Shown piece after piece: positions 48,336-63,766 of a DNA stretch of 64,000 nt (positions within the stretch are counted from its first letter, which is position 1; every line of letters begins with the position of its first letter). Source of the stretch: the human T2T-CHM13v2.0 reference genome, Homo sapiens. The DNA lies in assembly GCF_009914755.1 (NCBI RefSeq), contig NC_060938.1. One strand, given 5' to 3'. Made by a program: the position numbers and the translations under genes. The notes beneath the pieces were generated by a model. The model was not told where the DNA came from and searched no databases. It saw only the letters and a list, made by a program, of their open reading frames with translations.

Positions 48336-49088
48336 ACTTAGGAAGGGAATAGTCCTCTGGCTTCATTGTTGGCTGCTGGATCTGGTGGAGGCTTGGCTCT
48401 CTGTACATCCTTTCTGCCAGTTCTCCTGTTTTCAGCCCTATCTCTGTTCCCCACCTTCTGAGGGAACAGGCACCTACAATGACAGAACCATTCTGGGATT
48501 CTGCTGCATGAATCAGCTAGCCTGTTGTGGCATTTCCCCTGTGTAGGTGCCTTGCAGAGTGAAGAAAGATGGTGAGACTTAGTTTCTGGCTATATCCTTC
48601 TCATCTTCCAAAAATGTGTTGATCTTTCTCATCTGCTACTGTTTCTCCCTTGCTCTTTTTGTCGATGTTGGTTTTTACCTTAAAAAAATACTTTTCTCTA
48701 AGAAATCTGAGGTGCAGCAATAGAGATAAAAGCATGTGTTCAGTCTGCCATTTTACACTGGAAATGAGTCATTGATAGAATAATCAATGCTATTATTGTT
48801 AACCAAAGGTACATTGCTGGGACAAGACCTATTGGTCATGATTTTTTTTTGGTTATTCTATTTCCCCTTCTCTATCTTATTTTGGATTATTTACACACTT
48901 TTGATATTTTATTTATTGCCATATTTTGTATGTTTTTAAGTGGAGTAGGAACTACACTGTACATACTGAACTTCTGTCTACTTAGAATCAATATTTCACC
49001 ACTTCAGTGGAATATATAATTCTTACCACCATATAAGTCCCTTTATCTGCCCCTCTATGTTTTAGTTATATATTATATTCATATTCTC

Positions 49089-49476
49089 TGATGGGCCAAA
49101 TTGTATACACCCCAAATTCATATGTTGATGTACTAATCCTCAGGACTTCAGAATGTGACTGTATTTGAAGCTAGGGTTTTTAAATAGGTAATTCAGTTAA
49201 AATGAAGTTAAAATGAGGTCATTAGAGCGAACCCCAATTCAATATGACTAGTGTCATTGTAAGAAGAGGAGACTTGGACGCAGACACAGAGAGGATCATG
49301 TGAAGACACAGGAAGAAGATGGCCGCCTACAAGCCAAAGAGAGAGGCTTCAGAAGAGACCAACCTTGCTGGCACCTTGCTCTTGGAATTCTGATCTCCAG
49401 AAATATGAGAAAATTTTATTGTTTAAACCCCACAGTTTGTGGTACTTTGTTATGGTAGCCCTAGCAAATGAATACA
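49089..49476 (+). mobile_element. MLT1B-like MaLR LTR
   Basis: ccccaaattcatatgttga...cagaatgtgactgtatttg...gtggtactttgttatggtagccctagcaaatgaataca. Confidence 0.8.
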
Positions 49477-49800
49477 CATACTTTTTGCCTTCAAAAATCA
49501 AGCATGTTTTAAAGAATTCATGAGAAGAATGGTTTATTATGTTTACCAAGATATTTATCATCTTTGTTGCTCTTCTTTCACTCCTGATGATCCAGATTTC
49601 TCTTAATAATATTTCCCTTCTGTCCAAATAACTTCCTTTAGCAATTCTTTTAGAGTAGGATTGCTGGCAACAAGTTTTCTTAGTGTTCCTTCATCTAAAA
49701 ATGTCTTGATTTCCCTTTTGATCTTGAAGGACATTTTCACTGATATAGAATTCTGACTTGACAGTTGCTTTATTTTAGCACTTGAAAAATGTGCTACTTC

Positions 49801-50423
49801 CACCCCAACAAAATAATCATAGGATCTGAAAGTGTGGTGCAGACTTGGTAGAAATGGAAAAGAAGAAAAACACACAGAGTTATACAGATTGTTCTGAGTG
49901 TAAAGGAGAATTGGATCCTATCTGATACCATAAACATATAAATTTGAATACACATCTCAGATCCACTATGTGCAGTGACAGTTTGTCCTTTGGCTGAGGG
50001 TGAAGACCCTGAGTACTCTCAGAGACAGACAATACAGATCAAATTCTTTTTCCTTATTCTCTCTTTAAGGCTATTCCTAACACTGTTAGGCCCAAAGCAT
50101 GTGCACAATCATGGAAATGTTAGGGAAAACACCACCACCAACTGGACCAGGAACAAAACACTGATCATAAAGTCTATGGGCTTAGACAGACATTTGAAAA
50201 AGATAAGAACTGTAATGAAACAATAAGCCATTATAAACCCAATGCTATTTTGCATTGGAGAATATGTTATATTGGACAAAATAAAGTTTGCTAAAACCTA
50301 TTTCCTCATTTTTATAATAGTATCTACTATTTAGTGTTGTATTTTATGAGTGATATTTTAGTAGACTTGTTGGCATTCTGCTTGACATATATTTAAGTAT
50401 AAATCTATTAATATATCACAAAA
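49801..50423 (+). mobile_element. Unidentified ~620-bp retroposed (TPRT-type) insert interrupting an old antisense L1
   Basis: Imperfect direct repeats GAAAAATGTGCTACTTCC (49784-49801) and GAAAAAGTGCCACTTCC (50424-50440). TATAAA at 50398 precedes an A-rich end. L1 sequence resumes in register after the insert. Confidence 0.6.
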
Positions 50424-50811
50424 GAAAAAGTGCCACTTCCTTCTGGCCTCTATGATTTTAGATGTGGAAATCCACTGTCATTTGAATTGTTATCCCACTG
50501 TATATACTTTATCATTTCTGTCTGACTGCTTTCAAGATTTTTTTATTATCTTAAATTTTCAGAAATTTAATTATGATATGTCTGGGTATGGATTTCTTTG
50601 GGTTTCTCCTGTTTAAAGTTTAGTTAGGTTTTTCAATCTCTAGATTTATGTCTTTCCCCAAATTTGGGATATTTTTATTATTTCTTGAAATAGTTTCTCA
50701 GTCCTGAATTCTTTCTCTGATCCTACTGAGATTCTGATAACACAAATATTAGATTTTTTTTTGGTTATTGTCCCACAGCTCCCTGAGTCTTTGTTCATAC
50801 CTTCCTCCTAA

Positions 50812-51157
<346 letters not shown>

Positions 51158-52243
51158 TTTATTGATATATTTTCAAGATCACTGATCTCTTTCCTCTGTC
51201 AATTCTCTTCTGCCACTGAGCCCAGCTAGTGAGTTAAAAAAAAAATTAAGTTATTGTATTTTTCAGTTCTATTATTTTCAGTTTTATTCTTTATATCTTG
51301 AGTATTTTTCTGAGCCCACTGGTTTTTCCGTTTGTTTGAAGAGGGTTCATAATTTCTTGGAGCATTTTTATGATAACCGCTTTAAAATCCTTGTCATAAA
51401 TTCCAACATTTGTGTTGCTTTGATGTTGGTGTCTGTAGATTGTCTTGTCTTTAAGATTTTCCCTGTTCTTGGTATGATGAATAACTTTGATGAATAACTT
51501 TGGATTGTATCCTAGACATTTTGAGTATTACATAATGAGATTCTGGTTTAGAGGCAATCAACCTGCTTGGACTCAAAATTCATGTCTTATTCACTTTTGT
51601 GGGCTGTGGCTTGAATGTCGATTTAGTTTTTATAGCCTTTGCCCTGCTATTCTGATCTGCTCTATATAGAGTGTTATCCATAGGTGAACTGAAACCTGTA
51701 TGATATTTCTCACCGTAGTTCAGTTCCCAAAACTTTACTATGTTGACTCCGGTTGATTTCACACATGGACCATTTAGGGGTCTGCACAGGACTTCATACA
51801 CAGATTGACAAGATTTCTTTATCCAGTCCTCTTTTCTCCATAATCCTTCCTCACTCTCTAGTTGAGAGGAGGTAGGGTGTTGCCTCTTGCTGTCCTTCAG
51901 TTAGTAAGTGCAGGGTGGTAGAGTGCTTCTCCCTACAGTCCATGGTGGGTTCTGTGGTCGCTATGCCATTGAAGAAGGGAAGGGGCACTGCTTCTTTCCC
52001 GATCTTGTCTTGGTTTAGGGCAGGAATGGTCAACAGAGCTCCAATCCATTCCAGTGAGGAGGAGAAGGCGTGCTACTTCTGCTGTTAGTGCCAGGCAAGG
52101 ATGGTCAACAGGGCTCTTCACAGTGCCTGGTGAGGATGCAGAGAGATGCGGTTCTTTTGTGGTGTTTGCCTAAAATACAATGAGTATATTCACAAGGGTT
52201 CTGTCTTGCAGCACTGTCCTCTTCCACGTCCTTTGGCTAAGGG

Positions 52244-52441
52244 GATGGATTCTCAACTGGAGATAATTTTATTCCCCCAGATGACATTTGCCAATGTCTA
52301 AGACATTTTTGGTTGTCACAACTGGAGGGTTGTCACTGACATCTAGCCAGGGATGCTGCTGAATATCCTATAATACAGAGAACAAGATCCTGCAGCAGTT
52401 ATCCAGCTCCAAATCAAAAGTGCCAAAGGTGAGAAACCCTG
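52244..52441 (+). mobile_element. MER20 (hAT-Charlie)
   Basis: ttctcaact...gacatttgccaatgtct.agacatttttggttgtcacaact...gtgccaaaggtgagaaaccctg. Confidence 0.8.
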
Positions 52442-52931
52442 AGGGACAGAGAGCAGACTTTTCTTGAAGCTTTTTGTTTTTTGTACTTATTCCATCTTGT
52501 CCAGAAATGAGAGTCCCTTCAACATTTTAATGTATTACTTTTTAGTCCTTTATCATCTATCACTGATGAGAATTATAATTTATTTTTAGATACATTGTCT
52601 TCCTCCGGTTGATTTTAAGAATTTCTCTTTTTTTAATCTTAAATTTAACCATTATGGGTATAGGTGTGGATTTGATTTTATTTAGACATTTTCTGTCTTA
52701 ATTCTCACTTTCTAATTCTGGAAAATTCTTAGTCATCTCTTTGAGTATTGTCTCTCTCCCATTCCCTTCTTAGACCTCTTTAAACTGCCATATGCTGAAG
52801 CATCTCTTTCTGTGTTTCTTATCTGTTAACTATTCATTGATTCATATTCATATTCTTTATTTCTCCTTTTTCCCTTCTCCACACCTTGTCTCTGGTACTT
52901 TCTCCAGATTTTTCTTTCACTTCAGTAGTTC

Positions 52932-53947
<1,016 letters not shown>

Positions 53948-54314
53948 CAGTAGTTCTTTTTAAAGGTGGCTCTGTTATATTATTTAACCTAGCAATAGTT
54001 TTGTTTTCCACTAATAATATTTTTTATTTATAAAATTTTATTTGGTTATTTAAAATAAATCTATCCCTTTGCCAGAGTATCTTATTCCTTCACTATGGTT
54101 TCTAAATTATTTTAAAACTTGACTATTTTGTAGTCCGTTTAATTCATCTATTGTTTTCACTTCTTAAGGTGTCAATTTTCAGGTCTGCTGATTCACCCTC
54201 ATGGTGATTCGTTTCCTCCTGTGTTCTGTGATATTTAATTGTGCTAGTTCATCTTCAGTGAGTTTTCCATAAGCTTTGAGCTGTAAAATTATTTATTTCA
54301 ATCTCTGTCTGTAA

Positions 54315-54905
<591 letters not shown>

Positions 54906-54910
54906 AGTGG

Positions 54911-54942
<32 letters not shown>

Positions 54943-55283
54943 TTTAAACTCAAGGACCAGGGCACTCAGCAGCTTCCTCGCTCTTTCTTTGCGCTAGCGA
55001 GCAGGCTGTGTACAGTTTCCTTTTTACTTACAGGACTGTTCTTTAAGGTGCAGGGCTTTATTCCTGCAGGGAGTTGGAGGTGGAGCTTCCAATCCTGTTC
55101 TTTTTCCCTGTGGAGTCCCATAGCCTCTAAGTCTGAAACTAAATTTCCAGTGGATTGCTGAAGCTCTGGCTTTGATTTTTTTTTTTTTTTTTTTTTAAAT
55201 TTTGGAATCTGGGAGATACTTGTTCTTTGGAAGTAATTTTGCTTATTGGTTATATTTTATTTAGAATTTCCATGTGTTTTTAG

Positions 55284-55942
<659 letters not shown>

Positions 55943-56454
55943 CTGATTCACATTTGATATACCAGATCACCCATCCATCTATCCAGTTGTACTGGTATAT
56001 AAATACTGTTTGATGCTCTGAATTGTTCTCTCTTAAAATTATTCATTAAACACACTGCTGTATTCCAATTACCTGTTGTTTGAAAAAGATGTGTGTTGAT
56101 ATATGATGGTATATAGCATAGCATTCCCATAAAACCAGGCATGTGTTTGGGAATATTTGTTTCCAAAGCACTTGTTTTAGTTTCATTAAGGTCTTAAAGA
56201 AACTTACCTTTTTATAAATCCTGACCTTTTATACCCACTTTGCATATGAAGATATTAAGAGAAATTGTTGCATTGTTTGCTGTGATAAGACATTTTCAAG
56301 GAAGAAGGCAGTGTGTGCTGATTTATAGCTTTAAGAACAGCAAAAAACAGTTAATAGGCTGCTACTTTGAGCAGCACTGACTAGTGGAGTAATGTGTATA
56401 AGGACCTGCCTTTTCAATAAATAGTACACTGTAAATGTTGTCTCATGAAAGGTG

Positions 56455-56764
<310 letters not shown>

Positions 56765-57149
56765 AGGTGACTTTTTTTTTTTATGATTGATTTTATCAAT
56801 CACCTTTTTATGGCCATTTAGGGATTTTTAAAAGATCAAAAAATACTGCCAGAATATTCCTGAAATTATCTTTTTACACTGTTTTCTTCTTCTGGGTGCA
56901 GAACTGCTGAGTCAAAGGATATACTCATTTAATATTTTGATGTTGCCAAATTTCCCTACAGAAGGATTGTACCAATTTATACTTTGATCAGCAGCACATT
57001 GATAACAAAATCAAACAAAACTTTTCTACAGAAATACATTTTAAACTATAGATAATGGAACAAAAATTTTCCTACCTGGCTCACAGAAACTTTTCCTGTC
57101 TTTCTCAATTTACATGTCCCAGGTGAGTAAGACCCACTCTCGTTGGCCT

Positions 57150-57342
57150 AGAACGGTGGTTTACAAAATATGGTTACTGGACTAGTAACGTTGCCATCAC
57201 CGGGAACTTGTTAGAAATTTAATTAATCAGAACTTGTATCAGATCCACTGATTGAGAAACCTGGTGGAGCGTAGCAATCAGTGTTTTGATTAGCCCCCCA
57301 GGTGATTCTGGTACTTGCTAAAGTTTGAAAACCACTGGTCTA
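57150..57342. mobile_element. MER5A-like (hAT-Charlie)
   Basis: gtggtttacaaa...catcacc.ggaacttgttagaaat...caggtgattctg...aagtttgaaaaccactg. Confidence 0.7.
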
Positions 57343-58440
57343 GGGGCAGCTTATCTTTGTATAACCCAGAGGTCAGCTCAAGTCTTTACTCCTGTATCCT
57401 TCATACACATCATAGAAATTGAATTCCTGGGGGTTGATTTCTCATGGTACCTTCCACCTCTTTGTGCCTGCACCTGCGTGTGTTTATTGCTCTACTTTAC
57501 TGCCGGTGGCTGCTCTTGTGTCTGCATTGCAATGGCCCAGATCGGCAAAGGAAAAGGAATCCATTTGCCTTAATTCACACAAACATCAGCAGTCCATTCA
57601 CTTGAAAGGCATTTGAATATGTAGAAAACCAATTGATGGTTTGGAGGGATAGGAGAAGTTTATATCTTGGTAACATAAACAGTCTAAAATTGAATATTAA
57701 ATGTGCACCTTCTGAAATCCTGTAGCCATTCTCCTACATTACTTCCCCAGTCCCTCATTTTCCTTTCTACTCCACCTCCCATTGATTTGCTTTTTTCTCT
57801 AGAGTGATTTACTAATTCTATTTGTTTCCTTGTCTTCTGTTGTAATAACCAGGATTTTTATTGCAGACATTACAACCTACTCAACTACCTTAAGAGAAAA
57901 GAGTTTCAACTATAGAGTTACATGGCAGCTTACAGAATTGATGAGAGGGCCGGGGAAACAAGCTTGTTAGCCATTCAGTCATAGGTAACCTTTACATCCA
58001 TTTATTTATGTCTGTCTTAATTTCTTTCATTGAATTTCTAAACTTCTATGAATTTTTTTGTGTGGCCTTAAATTAATACCCAGTTAGGTTTTTATTTTCT
58101 GTCATGATTTCATGCAAATTTTCTGATTGCTCTGCAGATTTTCCAATCTCTCCTACCTCCCCTGCAGACAGTACGCTAACCCCTACTGATAGGAGGAGCA
58201 AGGGAAGTGATTTGAATATAAGGCCAATTCCCCTTGACTGAGGCAGTTGAACCTGCATTTGATGAGTTTGACATTGAGCTTATCTTTCTTCCTGTTTGAA
58301 GACAGGACTTTGAGATTGAGGGGGTTTCAAATGATACCTCTATTCAGTGGTAAGTCTGTGCTGGTGAGCAGGGCCAGGCCTCCTCATAGGTGTTGATCCT
58401 AACAGATTTCCATGATTCTCCACTGAGTGGCAGAGGCTGA

Positions 58441-58743
58441 TTTTTTTTTTTTTTTTTTTTTGAGACAGGGTCTTGCTCTGTTGACCAGGCTGGAGTGCAG
58501 TGGTGCGATCTTGGTTCACTGCAACCTCTGTCTCCTGGGCTCAAGTGATCCTCCCACCTCAGCCTCCCTAAGTAGCTGGGACTACAGGTGTGGGCCACCT
58601 TGCCCAGCTAATTTTTTGTATATTCAGTAGAGACAGGGTTTTGCTATGTTGGCCAGGCTGGTCTCGAACTCCTGGCTTCAAGTGATCCTCCCACCTCAGC
58701 CTCCCGAGTAGCTGTGATTACAGGCGTGAGCTGCCGTGCAGCT
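58441..58743 (-). mobile_element. AluJ
   Basis: Full Alu with TSD gaggctgat. Confidence 0.9.
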
Positions 58744-60327
58744 GAGGCTGATCTTGGAGCTGGGGAATCGGCATCTGAAAGCTGCTAAGGCCTCACAAAG
58801 GCTCTTGGAGGGTTTGCCTCTAGAAGATGGGTACATTAATAATATGAGAATCCACCGCTCAGTGGAAAAGTCCTCTAGATACAGGCTTTCCAATTATTCT
58901 GTATTGCCTGTCTCCTGGGTTCTCTTTCTCTGTGCATTCCAGAACAGCCACGCCTTGGATGCTATGCTTCTGGCGTGCAGAGTCACCCTGCCACCTTGTG
59001 GCCATGTTTGGGAACTGTACTTCCTCAGATGTCGGCTTCCTTCCTATGTCTTTCTCAGTATCCAGCAAAGCTGAAATTGGTCACCCTGGATTGCTTCTGC
59101 CTTTAGCTTTTTGAACTAATAGGATTTGAAGAGATACTTCATAGCATACACCAAAAGAAGACTTTCTAATAGCTTTAAACAGAAATATATATGCAAGAAA
59201 TTTCGTTGCCCCTGTAATGACATCTTGACATATTAGATAATGTGTGTTCAAAGCAAGAATAGGTCAATGTTATGTCTCAAAGCTGTTTCAGGGCTGCTCT
59301 GAGAGATACTGTACTTTTCCTGGGGATTGGAGTGAGCATTATGTAGTAGACATTAATTTTAGAGCACAGTTCTCTTTTAGGTCACATTCCTTTATTTTTC
59401 TATATTGAATTAACTACCTGACTGGTGGGAAAATTAAATCTCAATCATTACTGATACCCTTTCCCACTCCATAGGATAATATAAGAATCCCAGGCTGGTA
59501 CAGTGCCATAAATTTGGGATGGGGCCCAGTCCACTCCCCACAGTTGGCTCCGTCATGACCACTGCACATTCCGACATGCTGCTGCTGAAGACATGATCCC
59601 CAGCAACTAGGCTGTCAGAGGACCCTCCCAGCTGTTCACCCACTGACGACCACCCTGAGAGAGAATGCACCATGTCCATCTACTGTTGGCTTTCTGGAAG
59701 AGCTCCCCCAGCTCCCACCTACCCAGGCACAGGTGGGAACGAGGTCTGTGTTTCTGACAGAACACAATCTCTTAAATTCATTCCTTTCCTGTTCTGGAGA
59801 ATATTCCTGTCCTTTCCCTTTTGGCATAGGCTTTCTTTCACAAAGCCCTGTCTGGATGGGAACTTTTGTAAGTACCTTGAAACTTCAATTTATTACCCTG
59901 AAATTCACAAAATTATTAAAAATGGAGTGTGACTCTTGCTAAGGACTCAAAAACTCCAAACATAAAGTTGTCTATGTTATTGGAAGGGAGAAGGGAAAAA
60001 TACTGATAGTAGCAATAGCAGCAGGAAGAAAGTACAAATTAATATCTCGATGAATCATCATGCCCCATTGTGTTTGATGTAGGCAACAGGCCTAAGGCTT
60101 CTGCAGCTAAATCTTCTCTTTACTTGGGCCATCCCTAGCAAGTGAAAGGGTGTTTATTGAGGGTGTTTCCCCACCGGCCCCCCACCCCCCCGCCATGGTC
60201 TAAGCACTGTGCTGGGTTCTTGCAAAATGAAGATGACCTCGCAGCCACAATTACAGAATGGTAATCAAGTACTAAGTGCTAGGAGAGGAATACAGCTGGA
60301 GTTCTGTGGGAGTGCTAAAGGAAGTTG

Positions 60328-60661
60328 CTGTAGTCTAAATGTGCCCTCCAAAATTCATGTGTTGGAAACGTAATCCCCAAGGTAACATTATTGAGATGTG
60401 TGGCCAAAGGGAGGTGTTTAGGTGATAGGGCTCTGCTCTCATGAATGGATTAATGCCACTATAAAAACAACTCTTGGGAGTGGATTCATGCTCTGCTGTT
60501 CTTCTGCCATGTGAGGACACATCAAGAAGGCCCTCACCAGATGCTGGTACCTTGATCTTGGAGACTTTTCAGCCTCCAGAACTGTGAGAAATAAATTTCC
60601 ATTCTTCGTAAACTACCCAGTCTGTAGTATTTTGTTATAGCAGCACAAAATGGACTAACAC
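60328..60661 (+). mobile_element. MLT1A/MSTD-type MaLR LTR within an L2 relic
   Basis: ccaaaattcatgtgttggaaac.taatcccc...cagcctccagaactgtgagaaataaa...ggactaacaca. Confidence 0.75.
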
Positions 60662-61089
60662 AGAAGTGATGATAATTGCAGGAGGAGTTATATATAAGTC
60701 AGGAGGTAACCTATATGAGATGATATTTTAGCTGTGCCGTGAGAAAGCATCTGCTTGGTGGGAAAAGAGTGAGGTGCAGTACATTCAGGCAGTGAGAACT
60801 GCACCAGTACAAGTGTGGGAATGCTCTGTGGCTGAGAGTGATGCACGTTTTGGAATTATCTGAGGAAATGAGTAAATGTGAACTGGGTTGGAGCCCAATC
60901 ACATTTGACCTCATTTGAAAAGCCAACAAAATCGTAATTTATTTTTTAGGCCAGCAAATCACAGTCCATTTTCTGTTGCATTATATTCCCATGCGCTTAC
61001 TTAGGGAAATGTGCCAGTTCCTCAGGGCTAACTGTATTTCTATGTCTTTTTCTTGTGATGAAGAATGTCATTAATCTGGGAACATTGTG

Positions 61090-61175
61090 GAGGGGAAAGG
61101 GGGAGGGAGGAGGGAAAGAGGAGGGGAGGGGAGCAGAAGAGGAAGAAGGGAAAGGGAGAGGAGAAGGAGAGATGA
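61090..61175 (+). repeat. GA-rich polypurine low-complexity tract
   Basis: About 85 nt that are almost all G or A. Confidence 0.8.
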
Positions 61176-61179
61176 GTTA

Positions 61180-61740
61180 GTGATTATTGGATTAGGTCAA
61201 GCAAGAGGTATTCAGGGGCTGAACTCAGACAATTCATGGGGAATGTGTGGATATAAGACATTTTGGAGACAGAATCCAGGGCTTGTATGTCATAGATTAC
61301 ATGTAGGGAATAAGGGAGAAAATAAAAGATTATAGAATTTTTCAAGTTTAGACAACTGGTGGGATGAAAATCACATTGAGACAGAAGATAAGAGAAGAAG
61401 CAGATTTGGAGGCCAAGATAATGAATCATTTGGGGGCACATTTAAGAGCCTGTGGGACTTCTGGATAGGGAGGCAAGGTGCGCTATTGGAAATACGAGTC
61501 TAGAGCTTGGGAGAGAAGTTGGTGGTTTTAGTTTTGGGAGACATCAGTGAAGAGAGTTTAGGGAAACCCCAAGAATGGTTGAGATCACCCAGGGAGAGTG
61601 AGTAGAGTAAGGAGAAACGTTAAGGTGAAAACTGTGGGGATATACATGTTGATGAGTAGGAGGTTAATGAAAGTATCACCAATGAGACCAGGAAAGAATA
61701 GCCAGAGTTGGGAGCAAAACCCAGGAAGAGGGTGGCCGTA
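61180..61740. mobile_element. L2 relic
   Basis: Purine-rich L2 motifs (gagatcacccagggagagtgagtagag). Confidence 0.55.
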
Positions 61741-62719
61741 GCAGGCAAAGAAAGACAATTTTATTTCTCTTTTCTTTTCTTTCTTTCCTATTTCCTTTTT
61801 CTTTATTATTCATTTATTTTTATTAGGAAGACAATTTTAATGTCATAAAGCAAAAGTGTAGGGAGTGAGCAAATCTTTAAAACAGCAGTGACAAGGTGGC
61901 TGGTGGCTTCCATGTTAGTGTTAGCTAAGCAGCATAAAGGGAGCTGAGATAGCTGCATCCTGGTAATTAGGTATTAAGGGAGATGAAGAGGTAGAGCTCA
62001 TAAATATAGGCTATTCCATCAATAAATTTGTGGGAGAAAATAAGGAGATGAGAAGGCAGCTTAGTATTCCAATAAAATATCTTATTTTAGAAGAGAAGAC
62101 TTGAGTATATTTATAGGCTCAGAGGGAAAAGCCAATGGAAGGGGAGAGATGGAGGTGTGAAAAGGAAGAAATAATCAACGGAACAGTCACCCAAGTGAGG
62201 GGAAGGCAATGGGATTAAGTTAAACCTGTGGTTCTTTGTCATTTGGAACCAGTTTTGGGGACTAGTAACCAATTTGGCTTGCTTGAGGACCTACTGAAGT
62301 GGGGTAGAAATCCCCTAAGATTTCCCTGGGCCAAAAGATAGCCAGAATAGGAGGTAACCCAAGGTCTCTTAGGGTTATCTGGAAATAGTTTGACCTTCCA
62401 GCACCATTGAAATGCTTTTGTAGAGAGCCATATTATTCAAGTTCAAAAAAGAAAAATCACAGAGCATTCATTCTTAGCAGACATTGTATGGGGATACATT
62501 TATAGCTATGTTCCAGGGTTTTGTTTCATGTCACAGAAAATGCTTGGCAGCTCTCCAGCTAACTGAATCTGGTTACAGGAAAAAGAAATGATTTTATCCT
62601 GTGTCACTGCTTTCATATTCATTAGCATGTAATTAGAAGCAATGGAGGAATTCCTAGATTAGCAGTTTTCATTTAAAAGGTTTTTAAAAAATAATAGCTA
62701 AGTCTGTTTAATTTGAAAT

Positions 62720-63215
62720 TCTTTAATTTTAATTATTTTATTTTAGATTCAGGGGGTATATGTGCCTGTTACATGGGTATTACATGTGTAATGGTGGGGG
62801 TTGGGCTTCTAGTGTACCCATCAACCAAATATTGGACATTGTACTCAGCAAGTAATTTTCAGTCCTTCCCTCTGTGGAGTCCCCAGACTTCATATGATAG
62901 CTTTGTTTTTCTCCATCTTTATGTTCATGTGTGCCATTTGGTTAGCTCCCACTTATAAGTGAGAACATGCAATGTTTGATTTTTTTTGCTTTTGTGTTAG
63001 TTCCTTAAGATAATGGCCTCCAGTTCCATCCATGTTGCTGCAAAGGACATGATTTCATTCTTTTTTATGGCTTCATAGTATTCCATGGGGTATCTATGCC
63101 ATATTTTCTTTACCCATTCAACTGTTGGTGGACATTTAGGTTGGTTCCATGACTATGCTATTGTAAATAGTGCTGCAATAAACATATGAGTGCAGGTGTC
63201 TTCTGTTTTTATTTT
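62720..63215 (-). mobile_element. L1PB-like 3' end, antisense
   Basis: ttttagattcagggggta...ttagctcccacttataagtgagaacatg...ccagttccatccatgttgctgcaaaggac. Confidence 0.8.
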
Positions 63216-63234
63216 TTTAATCTGTCGCAGGCTT

Positions 63235-63766
63235 TAAAAATTAAATTTTAATTTGTGTGGGTACCTAGTAGGTTTATATATTTGTGGGGTACATGAGAGG
63301 TTTCAGTACAGCCATGCAATGTGTAATAATCACATCATGTAAAATGAGGGATCTCTACCATCAAACATTAATCCTTTGTGTTATAAACAATCTAACTATA
63401 CTCTTTTAGTTATTTAAAAATGTACAATTATTATTAACTGTAGTTACCCTGTTGTGCTAGCAAATACTAGGACTTATGAATACTTTCTACTTTTTTGTAC
63501 CCATTAACCATCCCCACCTTATCCTCCTGCCACTCTTCTAGCCTCTGATAGCCAGCCACCCTTCTACTATCTATGTCCATGAGTTCGATTGCTTTGAATT
63601 TTAGGTCCCACAAATAAATGAGAGCATGCAATGTTTGTCTTTCTGTGCCTGGTTTATTTCACATAGCATAATGACCTCCAGTTCCATCCATGTTTTTGCA
63701 GATGACAGGATCTCATTCTTTTTTATGGCTGAATAGTACTCTATTGTGTATAAGTACCACATTTTC
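63235..63766 (-). mobile_element. L1MA-like 3' end, antisense
   Basis: tgtgggtacctagtagg...tcccacaaataaatgagagcatgc...gtaccacattttc. Confidence 0.8.

Noticed and set aside
61090-61175. Polypurine tract as a possible H-DNA or G4 element
   Set aside because: It is an ordinary low-complexity tract with no clear long mirror symmetry, so it is listed only as a repeat.
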